Origin: a virus
Taxonomy: Duplodnaviria; Caudoviricetes
IMG/VR virus record: IMGVR_UViG_3300010354_000082
Location: 814-64,813 of that record
Strand: one strand, 5' to 3'
Length of the DNA: 64,000 nucleotides
This document shows positions 10,738-20,429 of the stretch, in pieces; within the stretch, counting starts at the first letter, position 1; every line of letters starts with the position of its first letter. The translations under genes and the position numbers were made by a program. Below the pieces are notes generated by a model. It did no database searches and was not told the DNA's origin. It saw nothing but the letters and a program-made list of their open reading frames with translations.

Positions 10738-11832
10738 TATGACTACATCATTGTCGGCTCTGGTCTCTTCGGTTCAATCTTCGCTCACGAGGCTCGCCTC
10801 AAGGGCAAGACAGTCCTTGTCATTGACAAGCGAGGTCACATCGGTGGCAACTGCTACACTGAGAAACGGGAAGGCGTAGACGTTCACGTCTACGGTCCGC
10901 ACATTTTCCACACCTCTGACAAGCGTGTGTGGGACTTTATGAATCGATTCACGGCTTTCAACGGCTTCGTGAATCGTCCCAAGGTGAACTACAACGGAAA
11001 GATTTTCTCTTTTCCGATCAACCTGATGACTCTCCACCAGCTGTGGGGCGTCAACACTCCTGACGAAGCACGACGCAAGCTCGATGAGGTCCGTGTCCCT
11101 TGCGAGAACCCTCGCAACTTGGAAGAGTGGATCCTTTCGCAGGTGGGTCGGGAGGTCTACGAGACATTCATCCACGGCTACACCAAGAAACAGTGGATGC
11201 GTGATCCCGTAGACCTCCCGGCATCGATTATCAAGCGCCTTCCCATTCGCCTGAATTTCGATGACAACTACTTCAACGACACCTACCAGGGAATCCCGGT
11301 CAACGGCTACACTGACATCTTTCACGGTCTGCTAGAGGGAGTAGATCTCGCTCTCGGCGAGGACTTCTTCCAGAATCGAGAGAAGTGGGAGAAGATGGGC
11401 AAGCGTGTCGTCTACACCGGTAAGATCGATGAATACTTCGGGTACGAACACGGCGAGCTCGACTATCGCACCCTGCGCTTCGAGCACACCGTGCAGGATG
11501 GTGACTATCAGGGCAACGCTGTCATCAACTACACCAACCCAGACATCCCCTACACTCGCATCACGGAGCACAAGTATTTCCAACCGCAGCTCCTTGATAA
11601 GACTCCGCGCACTGTCTGGACTCGAGAGTTTCCTGCAGAGTGGAATCGAGACGCTGTTCCCTACTACCCTGTAGGCGACGAGAAGAACACCGAGATCTAT
11701 CGCAAGTATCGCTCTCTTGCAGACTCGCAGTCAAACGTCCTTTTCGGAGGTCGTCTTGCCGAATACAAATACTACGATATGCACCAGGTCGTAGGATCAG
11801 CCCTCCAAAAATCAAGGAAAGAACTTGACTGA
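10735..11832 (+). CDS. glf: UDP-galactopyranose mutase
   Basis: IVGSGLFG FAD motif, HIGGNCY, HVYGPHIFHT, YQGIP, YYP, GRLAEYKYYDM. Confidence 0.96.
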   Translation: MYDYIIVGSGLFGSIFAHEARLKGKTVLVIDKRGHIGGNCYTEKREGVDVHVYGPHIFHTSDKRVWDFMNRFTAFNGFVNRPKVNYNGKIFSFPINLMTLHQLWGVNTPDEARRKLDEVRVPCENPRNLEEWILSQVGREVYETFIHGYTKKQWMRDPVDLPASIIKRLPIRLNFDDNYFNDTYQGIPVNGYTDIFHGLLEGVDLALGEDFFQNREKWEKMGKRVVYTGKIDEYFGYEHGELDYRTLRFEHTVQDGDYQGNAVINYTNPDIPYTRITEHKYFQPQLLDKTPRTVWTREFPAEWNRDAVPYYPVGDEKNTEIYRKYRSLADSQSNVLFGGRLAEYKYYDMHQVVGSALQKSRKELD

Positions 11833-12619
11833 CTTCCCAACTGGCAAGCCCCACGTGTCCTACTCAGAAGTGTCCTGTTGGACAGCGTGCGGCTGGAAAC
11901 ACAAGCTCACGTATGTCGACAAGGTCCCGCTGCCTGACCAGGACTGGATTCACGCGAATTTCGGGACTCACGTCCACGCCGGAGTCGAAAATTACCTGAA
12001 GACTCGGACGATGAACATCGAGGCTGTCACCCAGGCCATCGAGAAAGAGTGGATCGAAAAGGGCCGCAAGGAAATTGAGAAGTGGAAGACGTGGGCTCAC
12101 AACATCCTCACCGACTTTCCGGGATGGATGGACGAGAATTTTCCGGGCTGGGAACTCCTCGGCGCCGAGCTCTCTCTCTACGAGGACATTCCCGAAGAGG
12201 AGTCGATCAAGTTCAAAGGATTTGTGGACTGCGTCATTCGCGCTCCCCTCAATGAGGAGAAGACACGCTGGAAAGTCTGGATTCTCGACTGGAAGACGGG
12301 TCCTGCGTACGGGTGGAAGCGAGAGAAGCTCGAGGACGACCTCACACTCGCCCAGCTCTGGCTCTACAAGTCTTTCCTCACGCGCAAGCTCGATGTCAAC
12401 AGTCGAGAAATGGGCTGCGCATTCGTGGTCCTGAAGAAGGGCGCGAAACCCGGATCGACCATTTCTCGCTATGACATCTCTGTCGGTCCCAAGCCGATGG
12501 AGAAGGGAGAAAAGATGGTCAGAAATATGGTCACCGGAGTCAGAAAGGGAAAGTTCATCAAAAACAAGTATTCTTGCGAGTGGTGTGACTATCGCAAGGC
12601 AGGAATCTGCACGCCGTAA
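11825..12619 (+). CDS. PD-(D/E)xK exonuclease, Cas4/RecB-like
   Basis: SYS..C, FGTHVH, KGFVD, ILDWKTG, QLWLY, C-terminal CEWC...C (Fe-S ligands). Confidence 0.85.
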   Translation: MTDFPTGKPHVSYSEVSCWTACGWKHKLTYVDKVPLPDQDWIHANFGTHVHAGVENYLKTRTMNIEAVTQAIEKEWIEKGRKEIEKWKTWAHNILTDFPGWMDENFPGWELLGAELSLYEDIPEEESIKFKGFVDCVIRAPLNEEKTRWKVWILDWKTGPAYGWKREKLEDDLTLAQLWLYKSFLTRKLDVNSREMGCAFVVLKKGAKPGSTISRYDISVGPKPMEKGEKMVRNMVTGVRKGKFIKNKYSCEWCDYRKAGICTP

Positions 12620-12640
12620 TACTTATTACGTTTACAATCT

Positions 12641-12674
12641 TGCCTCGCGTAAGGATGATGGTTTACGCGAGGCA
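12641..12674 (+). promoter_or_regulatory. 12-bp hairpin covering the SD of the downstream glycosyltransferase
   Basis: TGCCTCGCGTAA / TTACGCGAGGCA perfect inverted repeat with a 10-nt loop; the 3' arm contains GAGG 5 nt before TTG at 12678. Confidence 0.6.
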
Positions 12675-12677
12675 TCT

Positions 12678-13922
12678 TTGCATAAGAAGAAAGTTCTAAT
12701 TCTTTCCGATCACGCTCTCTCGACCAGCGGCGTCGCCACGCAGACGAGACATCTCGTCAACGGCCTCCTGCAGAAGGGTGGGTGGACATTCCGCCAGTTC
12801 GGCGCCGCTCTCAAGCACGCGAACTACCAGACGGTGATGGTGAACGAGGATTTCATCATCAAGCCCATTGACGGCTTTGGAGACAGAAATCTCCTGCGAT
12901 CCGCGATCGTCAACGAGCGACCTGACGCGATTCTCATCTTCACAGACCCCAGGTTCTTCACCTGGCTGTTCGAAATGGAGGACGAGATCCACCAGGTATG
13001 TCCTATCGCGTGGTGGCACGTGTGGGACAACTACCCGGCTCCCGAGTTCAACCGCCCGATGTACGAGGCGACAGACCTCATCAACTGTCACTCGTATCTC
13101 ACATATGAAATTTGCAAGGGAATGTTCCCCGAGAAAACGAACTTCATTCCCCACGCAGTCCCAACGGGAATTTTCAAGTCTCTTCCGAAACAGGAAGTCG
13201 ATGCGTGGAAGCTGCAGCTTCTCGGTCCAGAGCGCAAGGACCACTTCATCGCATTCTGGAACAACAGGAACGCGAGGAGAAAGCGACCAGGCGACGTCCT
13301 CGAGTCCTGGAAGATCTTTCTCGACGAGCTGCAGGCGAAACACGGTCACAAGAAAGCGACTCTGCTGATGCACACCGATCCATTCGATCAGGAGGGTCCA
13401 AATCTTCACGAAGTCTCGAGGATGCTCGGCATCAGTCAGAACGTCACCTACTCGACCGAGAGGATCGACTTTGACAAGATGAACGTCCTCTACAATGTCA
13501 GCGACGTGACGATCAATATCTCTTTTGCCGAAGGATTCGGTCTCTCGACTCTCGAGGCAATGACGATCGGCAAGCCCATTATCGCGCTGAAGACCGGCGG
13601 TCTTACCCGACAGGTCGTCGACCACCGCGACGGCTCGGAGAATGGAGTCGCCCTCCCTGTCGAGCTGCGAACGATCGTCGGGTCGCAGTCGGTCCCATAC
13701 ATCTACGAGGATTACGTCTCTGCAGAGACGACGGCGGCAGCGATTATGAAAATTTACGATCTCGGTCCCGAGGGTCGAGAGGCGCTCGGTAAGAAGGCAC
13801 GCGAATACGTGGAATCGGAATTCTCGATGCAGGCGACCATCGACGCCTGGCACGAGTCTCTCAGCGCTCTCATTGAGAACTGGCGAGAGAAGAGAAAGAG
13901 TTGGACGGTGGAGGCGCTATGA
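12678..13922 (+). CDS. GT4 (GT-B) glycosyltransferase
   Basis: ILSDH...SGVA, NRNARRK, LYNVSD...SFAEGFGLSTLEAM..GKPII..TGGL. Confidence 0.9.
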   Translation: MHKKKVLILSDHALSTSGVATQTRHLVNGLLQKGGWTFRQFGAALKHANYQTVMVNEDFIIKPIDGFGDRNLLRSAIVNERPDAILIFTDPRFFTWLFEMEDEIHQVCPIAWWHVWDNYPAPEFNRPMYEATDLINCHSYLTYEICKGMFPEKTNFIPHAVPTGIFKSLPKQEVDAWKLQLLGPERKDHFIAFWNNRNARRKRPGDVLESWKIFLDELQAKHGHKKATLLMHTDPFDQEGPNLHEVSRMLGISQNVTYSTERIDFDKMNVLYNVSDVTINISFAEGFGLSTLEAMTIGKPIIALKTGGLTRQVVDHRDGSENGVALPVELRTIVGSQSVPYIYEDYVSAETTAAAIMKIYDLGPEGREALGKKAREYVESEFSMQATIDAWHESLSALIENWREKRKSWTVEAL

Positions 13923-15067
13923 AAAAGTCGGTAGTCCTGAGAGCCCCGCTGCTCTCCAATTCTGGTTATGGAACCCACGCCCGACAGATCTTTCGCTGGC
14001 TGGAGACGAGGAACGTTGAGATTGTTTCTGACATCCTCAACTGGGGCGCCACATCGTGGTTCCTCAACCACGATGCAGAGGGTGGACTCGTCGGTAGGAT
14101 CATCAATTCTGCGAAGCAGCCGTCGAAGACCCCTGACCTGATGATCTCCCTCCAGCTGCCGAACGAGTGGCAGCGTCTCCCAGGCGCAAAGTGCGTCGGT
14201 ATGTCGGCGGTGGTGGAGACCGACAGATGTAATCCTGACTGGGTGAAAGCGTGCAATGAGATGGACAGGGTGATCGTTCCTTCGACATTCTGTAAGAGTC
14301 TCATCAGCGCGTCGACGGCCGATGTCAGGGTCGTTCCGGAATCATTTCACGATGACATTGTGACGGCAGAGCCCCTGAACCTGCCGCAGGTGAAGACCAA
14401 GAAGAACTTTCTGCTCGTAGGTCAGCTGTCAGGTATCAAGCCCGAGCTCGACAGAAAGAACATCTTCTACACCGTCAAGTGGTTCTGCGAGGAATTCAAG
14501 GACAGTCCCGACGTCGGCCTGATCATCAAGACAAACCTCGGAACAAACTCGACGTTCAATAAGAACAACCTCCGAAACATCTTCACGAACCTCGTCAATG
14601 AAGTTCGTCGCGCCGGCAAGACACCGCCCATCTATCTCATCAACGGAGAGATGACGACTGCTGAGATTGCGTCGCTGTATCGAAGTCCGAAGGTCACGGG
14701 ACTCCTATCACTCACCCGCGGAGAGGGATACGGTCTTCCGATTCTCGAGGCGGCTGCCTCCGACCTACCGGTCATCTGCACAGGATGGTCGGGTCACCTC
14801 GACTTTATGAATCGCGGCAAGTTCATCAGCGTCGAGCACGATCTCATCCCCGTTCCAACAGAGAAGGTAGACAATCAAATCTTCGTCCCGGGTTCTCAGT
14901 GGGCGATGCCCAAAGAGGCTGACGCAAAGAAGAAGATGAGAAAGTTTATGAATTCTCCTGAGATGCCGAAGAAGTGGGCTGCCGACCTCGGAAAACTTCT
15001 TCGCGCTGAATTCTCTTCTGAAGCGGTCTTCAAGTCATACGACAGAGAACTCGGTGACTTGCTATGA
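13919..15067 (+). CDS. GT4 (GT-B) glycosyltransferase
   Basis: SGYGTHAR, IVPS, DRKNI, TRGEGYGLPILEAAASDLPVICTGWSGHLDF. Confidence 0.9.
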   Translation: MKKSVVLRAPLLSNSGYGTHARQIFRWLETRNVEIVSDILNWGATSWFLNHDAEGGLVGRIINSAKQPSKTPDLMISLQLPNEWQRLPGAKCVGMSAVVETDRCNPDWVKACNEMDRVIVPSTFCKSLISASTADVRVVPESFHDDIVTAEPLNLPQVKTKKNFLLVGQLSGIKPELDRKNIFYTVKWFCEEFKDSPDVGLIIKTNLGTNSTFNKNNLRNIFTNLVNEVRRAGKTPPIYLINGEMTTAEIASLYRSPKVTGLLSLTRGEGYGLPILEAAASDLPVICTGWSGHLDFMNRGKFISVEHDLIPVPTEKVDNQIFVPGSQWAMPKEADAKKKMRKFMNSPEMPKKWAADLGKLLRAEFSSEAVFKSYDRELGDLL

Positions 15068-15354
15068 ACGAGATCGCTCTCTACGCCATCATAGGACTCG
15101 AGACTTCGCTCCTTGTCGTGGCGTTTTTCTATCTCGCTCGGTTCTCGATGACACTCCTCAGATTCCAGGAGGAGATTGAGAAGTCTCTTGACTCTCTGGA
15201 CGAGAGATACCGGTCAATCTCGAAGGTCCTTGAAATTCCGCTGTTCTACGACTCTCCTGAAGTGAGACGGGTAGTAGAGGACGTGAGAGCCTGTCGGGAG
15301 TCCATCCTCCAGGTCGCCCAGAAGCTCGGCCGCGTAGAGGAGGAAGAGTCTTGA
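15064..15354 (+). CDS. small membrane-anchored hypothetical protein
   Basis: N-terminal hydrophobic helix followed by coiled coil; ATGA overlap. Confidence 0.6.
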   Translation: MNEIALYAIIGLETSLLVVAFFYLARFSMTLLRFQEEIEKSLDSLDERYRSISKVLEIPLFYDSPEVRRVVEDVRACRESILQVAQKLGRVEEEES

Positions 15355-16073
15355 GAGGTAAGAAAAAGACGGGGACACCCGCAACGGCTTCGAAGACTCT
15401 CTACTTTGGTCCTGAAGTCCAGGAGTCGATGATCAAATTTCACAGGGAACCCATTCTAGAGAACAAGGAAGACATCTACATACGCGAGATTATGCCTGCG
15501 TTCAACAAGCTCGTAGAGAACCTGATCTTCATCTACGGATTCTCAAAGGGATTCGACAGCGTAAGCGAAGTGAAGTCCGACTGTGTGTGTTTCCTGTATG
15601 AGAATATGCACAAGTTCAACCCCGAGAGGGGAACAAAGGCGTTCTCGTATTTCAACGTGGTCGCTCGAAATTGGTTGATAAACAATTCCAAGCGAAGACA
15701 CAAGGACGACGTCAGGAGCGTGTCTATCGACGATGTCTCCAGACTCTCGGCAGCTGACAGGAGGACAATCTCTCACCACTCGATCGCCCACTCGCCAGAT
15801 GACGTTCTCATCGACAAGGGTCGAAAACAGAGAATCCTGGACGCTCTCGATGACATCGAGGACGATATGGTCGAACCGCACGAGATCTCTGTCATAGCAG
15901 CGCTGAAGACAATTTTCGAAAATTCCGAGGAGATCGATCTCCTCAGCAAGAGAGCGGTGTTCCTCTACATTCGAGAAATTTCTGGCGTCAATCACAAGCA
16001 GATGTCTGCGGCGATGTCATCGATCAGGAAGAAGTATCGAGAAGTGAACAATAGGGTGGGAGGTATCTTTTGA
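15351..16073 (+). CDS. phage RNA polymerase sigma factor (T4 gp55-like, probably late)
   Basis: KLVENLIFIYGF...KSDCVCFLYENMHKFNPERGTKAFSYFNVVARNWL, a sigma region 2 pattern. Confidence 0.75.
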   Translation: MRGKKKTGTPATASKTLYFGPEVQESMIKFHREPILENKEDIYIREIMPAFNKLVENLIFIYGFSKGFDSVSEVKSDCVCFLYENMHKFNPERGTKAFSYFNVVARNWLINNSKRRHKDDVRSVSIDDVSRLSAADRRTISHHSIAHSPDDVLIDKGRKQRILDALDDIEDDMVEPHEISVIAALKTIFENSEEIDLLSKRAVFLYIREISGVNHKQMSAAMSSIRKKYREVNNRVGGIF

Positions 16074-16429
16074 AGAGCGCAGCAAAGGCGATGAAGGATC
16101 TCCAGAACAAAGAGTCGAAGATGAAAAATTTCGGAGATCTCATCGATTCAATCGAGTCCGCAGACGAGAAGAAGAAGTTTCTCTGGAAGCAGATTTATGA
16201 GAACGCTGTCAGCGATCGGGAGCTCGCGAGCGTCCTCTACACGCAGCTCTTCTCTTCGAGCTCGGGCTCGACAAATGATCACAATACTTACGGTCCAATG
16301 CTCGTCAGGTATCTCGAGAGAATGGGAAAGTGCACTGAGCAGCTCATCAAGCTTGCCGAGATGATCGACGACGCAGACAGGAGCACGACAGCTCCGGAAG
16401 ACATGTATGACGCGATCCAGGAGAAGTAA
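16070..16429 (+). CDS. hypothetical protein
   Basis: Helical ORF coupled to both neighbours; SD GGAGG. Confidence 0.6.
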   Translation: MKSAAKAMKDLQNKESKMKNFGDLIDSIESADEKKKFLWKQIYENAVSDRELASVLYTQLFSSSSGSTNDHNTYGPMLVRYLERMGKCTEQLIKLAEMIDDADRSTTAPEDMYDAIQEK

Positions 16430-17829
16430 TGGCAGAATTTTCACAGACACCGTTCGAGAAGGGTGTCGTAGTTGCTGTCTACACGGGTCCTGATAGCTGG
16501 CCCGAGATCAGCAGCACGATCAAGCTCTCGGGAATTCAGGTTCAGCTAGAAAGATTGCCGAGAAATAGCGTTGTCGTGAGAAGAATTGATCGCGGTGCCG
16601 ACCTCACCAACGGAGGAAAGGGATCGTACGCTGTCTGCTACCCGTTTCTTTCGTCCCACATACAGATGCCCGTAAAACCCGCAGAAACAGTCTGGGTCAT
16701 CTTTGACAGGGACAACAAGAACCAAGGGTTCTGGATCTCCAGGGTCACTGGCGACGCTACTGCCGAGGATCTCAATTACAGTCATTTTGATAGAGGGTTT
16801 GTCGGTTCAGTCGAGAAAAAATCAATCGCCAACCCTCCACCGCCTCCTCCACTCGATGATTTTCCGAATAGCTCGCTTGCCAATGTTTCGGGAAGCAACC
16901 CTTACGACACCGTTCTTTCCGGTGCTATTGACTCCTACTCCTCGACGACCCTGCAACCCGTTCCGAGATACACAAAATTTCCAGGTGATTTAGTCCTACA
17001 CGGTTCTAACAATTCTGCCGTCTGTCTGACTGTCGACCGCGGCTGGAAAGAGTCCGACAATCCGACAGTCTCGCCATCCATTTCTTCAAGACGTCCTCGT
17101 CAATTTTCTGGGACTGTAGACATAATCGCTGGAAGAAGTCGCTGGCTGTCTAGAGGGGAGACGGGTCGCACTGTTCCGCCCGTGAGACTCAACAGGAGAA
17201 ATTTTCTCGAGGTCTCGAAGAGGCTCGAGGACTTTAGGTCATCGAAGAAAGCCGAGGGCGATCCTGACTTTTTCGATGACGCAGCAAGAGTCTATGTCAG
17301 CGAGAGCACCGACTTCGTCAGCAACTTTGATGTGTCTTCGGTCCTGCCGTCCCAGTTCGGTCCTGCCGCGCTTCCGTCTCCCACTTCCGCTGTCGTTGCA
17401 AAGGCCGATAACGTCTGCCTCATTGCGAGAAAGGACGACACTCACTCAATCAATGGCAGCGTGCACATCATCAAAGAGGGTGAGAAGGACAGCGATCTCT
17501 CTGCGATAATGATGACGTCGGAAGGAAACGTCAGGATAGCGGGAAATCAGATCTTCTTGGGAAGATCGACTGCCGACGGTGGTGAGGGCAGTGGCCCAGG
17601 GCCTGATGGATCACAACCCTATGTCAAATATCAGCAGCTCGAGACCCTGCTAGTGAACGTCATCAATGACGTCAGGACATTCTGCGACACCCTTCTCACT
17701 CACACCACACCAGGATACGGCGCTCCATCGCTGCAGATCAATAACGCAGCGACCGCCCTGAGATCCGCAATGGACGCGAGAGAGTCTGAGATACCTACTG
17801 TGAAGTCAACCAGGATTTTTGGAGAGTGA
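16429..17829 (+). CDS. baseplate hub/spike protein (gp5-like, no lysozyme domain evident)
   Basis: OB-like CYPF...PVKPAETVWVI...FWISR; PGDLVLHGSNNS beta repeats; upstream of the gp25- and gp6-like genes. Confidence 0.55.
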   Translation: MAEFSQTPFEKGVVVAVYTGPDSWPEISSTIKLSGIQVQLERLPRNSVVVRRIDRGADLTNGGKGSYAVCYPFLSSHIQMPVKPAETVWVIFDRDNKNQGFWISRVTGDATAEDLNYSHFDRGFVGSVEKKSIANPPPPPPLDDFPNSSLANVSGSNPYDTVLSGAIDSYSSTTLQPVPRYTKFPGDLVLHGSNNSAVCLTVDRGWKESDNPTVSPSISSRRPRQFSGTVDIIAGRSRWLSRGETGRTVPPVRLNRRNFLEVSKRLEDFRSSKKAEGDPDFFDDAARVYVSESTDFVSNFDVSSVLPSQFGPAALPSPTSAVVAKADNVCLIARKDDTHSINGSVHIIKEGEKDSDLSAIMMTSEGNVRIAGNQIFLGRSTADGGEGSGPGPDGSQPYVKYQQLETLLVNVINDVRTFCDTLLTHTTPGYGAPSLQINNAATALRSAMDARESEIPTVKSTRIFGE

Positions 17830-17830
17830 G

Positions 17831-18064
17831 ATGCCGATTTCTACACCAGGCAAGCCTGCGCTAATGAATTCTGTCAAAGCGGCGTTCTCTGCTGCAAGGG
17901 ACAGCGGGTCTCAAGACGGCGCAAATTCCGACGCTGTCATTGCGCAGCTGTCAACAGACATCACTGAGGCGATAGATGCGTACGTGAAATCCATCATCGT
18001 CCAGATAAACCCAGGTGGAATCACAGCTACCGGTGACGTAATAACGACTCCGCAGCTATCGTGA
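17831..18064 (+). CDS. small hypothetical virion protein (possible spike-tip associated)
   Basis: SD GGAG; AIDAYVKS motif; lies between the gp5-like and gp25-like genes. Confidence 0.5.
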   Translation: MPISTPGKPALMNSVKAAFSAARDSGSQDGANSDAVIAQLSTDITEAIDAYVKSIIVQINPGGITATGDVITTPQLS

Positions 18065-18104
18065 GCTTCACTTCGTCAATACATAGTAGTGACAAGGAGG
18101 TCCG

Positions 18105-18587
18105 TTGGCAACTGCAAAAGTCTATGACTTCCTCTCAGTAGGCGAGCGAGAATCGACTTACAGGAGAAGGACCAACGTCACTCAGCCACAGGTCCCAATC
18201 GGCATCAAGACTCCCTTGGAAAAGGGTCAGGATGCCGACGGACTTTTCGTGATGCACAAGAATCTCGAAGACACGATCAGTGATAACCTTCGAAATTTGC
18301 TGCTCACGAACCACGGCGAGCGCCTCTTTCGCTACGACTACGGTGCAAACCTTCGCGAGCTCGCTTTCGAGCTCGGCACCGAAGAAGGAGACACCGAAGC
18401 GATTCTCAGAATACGCGAGGCAGTCTCGAAATATCTTCCGTATGTGAACCTCCAGACTTTTGAATCGCGGCAGACTCCGTCGACATACACCGAGCCTTCG
18501 AAAGTGATCGTAAAAGTCACTTACAGCGTTCCTGGAGTGAGTCAGAAACAGAGAGTAATTGAAGTCATCATTTCGGCGGTGAACTAA
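18105..18587 (+). CDS. baseplate wedge/sheath initiator, GPW/gp25 family
   Basis: ISDNLRNLLLTNHGERLFRYDYGANLRELAFE...AVSKYLPYV. Confidence 0.9.
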   Translation: MATAKVYDFLSVGERESTYRRRTNVTQPQVPIGIKTPLEKGQDADGLFVMHKNLEDTISDNLRNLLLTNHGERLFRYDYGANLRELAFELGTEEGDTEAILRIREAVSKYLPYVNLQTFESRQTPSTYTEPSKVIVKVTYSVPGVSQKQRVIEVIISAVN

Positions 18588-20422
18588 TGGCAGGCAGCAG
18601 AGGGACCACAGCACAGCTACAGAGAAACTTTCTCGCCAAAGATTTCGTAGACATTCGCGCCGATCTCACCAGATACGCCTCGACTTTCTATTCGGATCAG
18701 ATCAAGGACTTCTCTGAGTCGGGCCTCGGCGGCATGTTCATCGACCTCGCAGCCTCCGTCGGCGACACTATGAGTTTCTACCTCGATCACCAGTTCAACG
18801 AGCTCTCGTGGACTGACGCCGTCGAGATCCAGAACATCGAACGTCACATCAACAACGCGGGCGTGAAGATCACGGGCGCGAGTCCCTCGACTGTCTCCCT
18901 CTCGTACTTCATCGAGGTCCCATCGACGCTGTCAAACGGTTCTTACGTCCCCCTCGCCACCGCGCTCCCCATCATCCAGGCGGGAACAGTCGCCGCGTCA
19001 GCGGGCAGAATCTCATTCACTCTGATGGACGACATCAACTTCGGCGAGACAGACACTGACGGATTCCTGAAGGCGACAATCAGGGTGGGTGAGACGGACG
19101 CTTCGGGAAACCCGGCGACCTTTGTCCTCTCTCGAACGGGCACGGCGACGTCCTCCACTCGCAGGAGCGAGACCTTCCCAGTCCCATCGGGATACAATCC
19201 GTTCTTCTCTGTCACGCTCACCAGCGCGAACGTGAGTCGCATAGTCTCTGTCACCGACTCCGAGGGGAACAACTACTACGAAGTCGACTCTCTCACGCAG
19301 GACACCGTCTACGCGCCCGTCACGAACATCACGCAGGACTATCAGCTCGTCTCCGACACTCTGGAGGTCATTCCCGCGCCCCGGCGATTCACGACCTCGA
19401 CCTCTCTCGGCACGAGATCGACGTCCCTCACGTTCGGCGGCGGCGACAACGCGCTCACGGAAGACACTGTCTTTGACCCGTCGGACCTCGCTCTGCCCCT
19501 CTACGGTAGGAATCCCGTCGGCAGGTATTCCGTGGACCCGAATCGCCTGCTGAGGTCGAACACGCTCGGCATCGCGCCCTCCAACACCACGCTCACTGTC
19601 ACCTACGAATACGGCGGTGGACTCGATCACAACGTCGCAGCAAACTCCGTGAGGTCGATCACATCCCTCAGTATGATCTTCCCTGGGATTCCGTCAAACT
19701 CCATCGCCGCCTCCGTCCGCGCCTCGACAGATGTCATCAACCCGAGCCCGTCATCCGGCGGCGCGTCCCAGCCCACGGTCGACGAACTTCGTCTCCAGAT
19801 ACCCGCATCGAGAAACTCCCAGCTGAGAGTTGTCACGAAGGACGACCTTCTCGCTCGAGTCTACACACTGCCCACGAAATTCGGCAAGGTCAGCAAGGCG
19901 GGCTGCCGAATGAACCCGAACAACCCGCAGGCGAAGACCCTCTACATTCTCGGTTTCGACTCGGCGGGCAGGCTCACGAGAGCGTCGGACACCCTGAAGC
20001 TGAACCTGAGAAATTACCTCAACGGCCTGCGCCTGATTTCCGACGCTGTCGACATCGTGGACTCTCCGATCGTCAACGTCTCGGTGAGAGCGTCGGTAAT
20101 TGTCGCTCCGTCGGCAATCTCCATCGAAGTCCTACAGGCCGTCGCCGCCGCGATCAGGAACGAACTCAACGTTGCAGAATTCCAGATCGATCAGCCCATC
20201 ATTATCGCCGATGTCGTGAGCGCGATCATCAACACGCCGGGCGTCCTCTCCCTCGTAAACCTGGAATTCTCCAACCGCTCTGGTAATGTGGGAGACACCG
20301 TCTACTCCGACTACCAGTATGACATCGAGCTCGCGACGACGCGGGGTATCATCATCCCACCCCCGGGCGGCATTTTCGAGGTCAGGTATCCAACCAGCGA
20401 CGTCGTAGTCGCCTCCAGCTGA
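18587..20422 (+). CDS. baseplate wedge subunit (T4 gp6/baseplate J-like)
   Basis: KDFVDIRADL..YA...DFSESGLG.MFIDLAA.VGD.MSFYLD.Q.NE; GGA...E.R...SQLRVVTKDD. Confidence 0.88.
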   Translation: MAGSRGTTAQLQRNFLAKDFVDIRADLTRYASTFYSDQIKDFSESGLGGMFIDLAASVGDTMSFYLDHQFNELSWTDAVEIQNIERHINNAGVKITGASPSTVSLSYFIEVPSTLSNGSYVPLATALPIIQAGTVAASAGRISFTLMDDINFGETDTDGFLKATIRVGETDASGNPATFVLSRTGTATSSTRRSETFPVPSGYNPFFSVTLTSANVSRIVSVTDSEGNNYYEVDSLTQDTVYAPVTNITQDYQLVSDTLEVIPAPRRFTTSTSLGTRSTSLTFGGGDNALTEDTVFDPSDLALPLYGRNPVGRYSVDPNRLLRSNTLGIAPSNTTLTVTYEYGGGLDHNVAANSVRSITSLSMIFPGIPSNSIAASVRASTDVINPSPSSGGASQPTVDELRLQIPASRNSQLRVVTKDDLLARVYTLPTKFGKVSKAGCRMNPNNPQAKTLYILGFDSAGRLTRASDTLKLNLRNYLNGLRLISDAVDIVDSPIVNVSVRASVIVAPSAISIEVLQAVAAAIRNELNVAEFQIDQPIIIADVVSAIINTPGVLSLVNLEFSNRSGNVGDTVYSDYQYDIELATTRGIIIPPPGGIFEVRYPTSDVVVASS

Positions 20423-20429
20423 GGTCAAC

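Noticed and set aside
12696-13853. 385-aa minus-strand ORF
   Set aside because: Antisense shadow of the GT4 gene caused by codon bias; no motifs.
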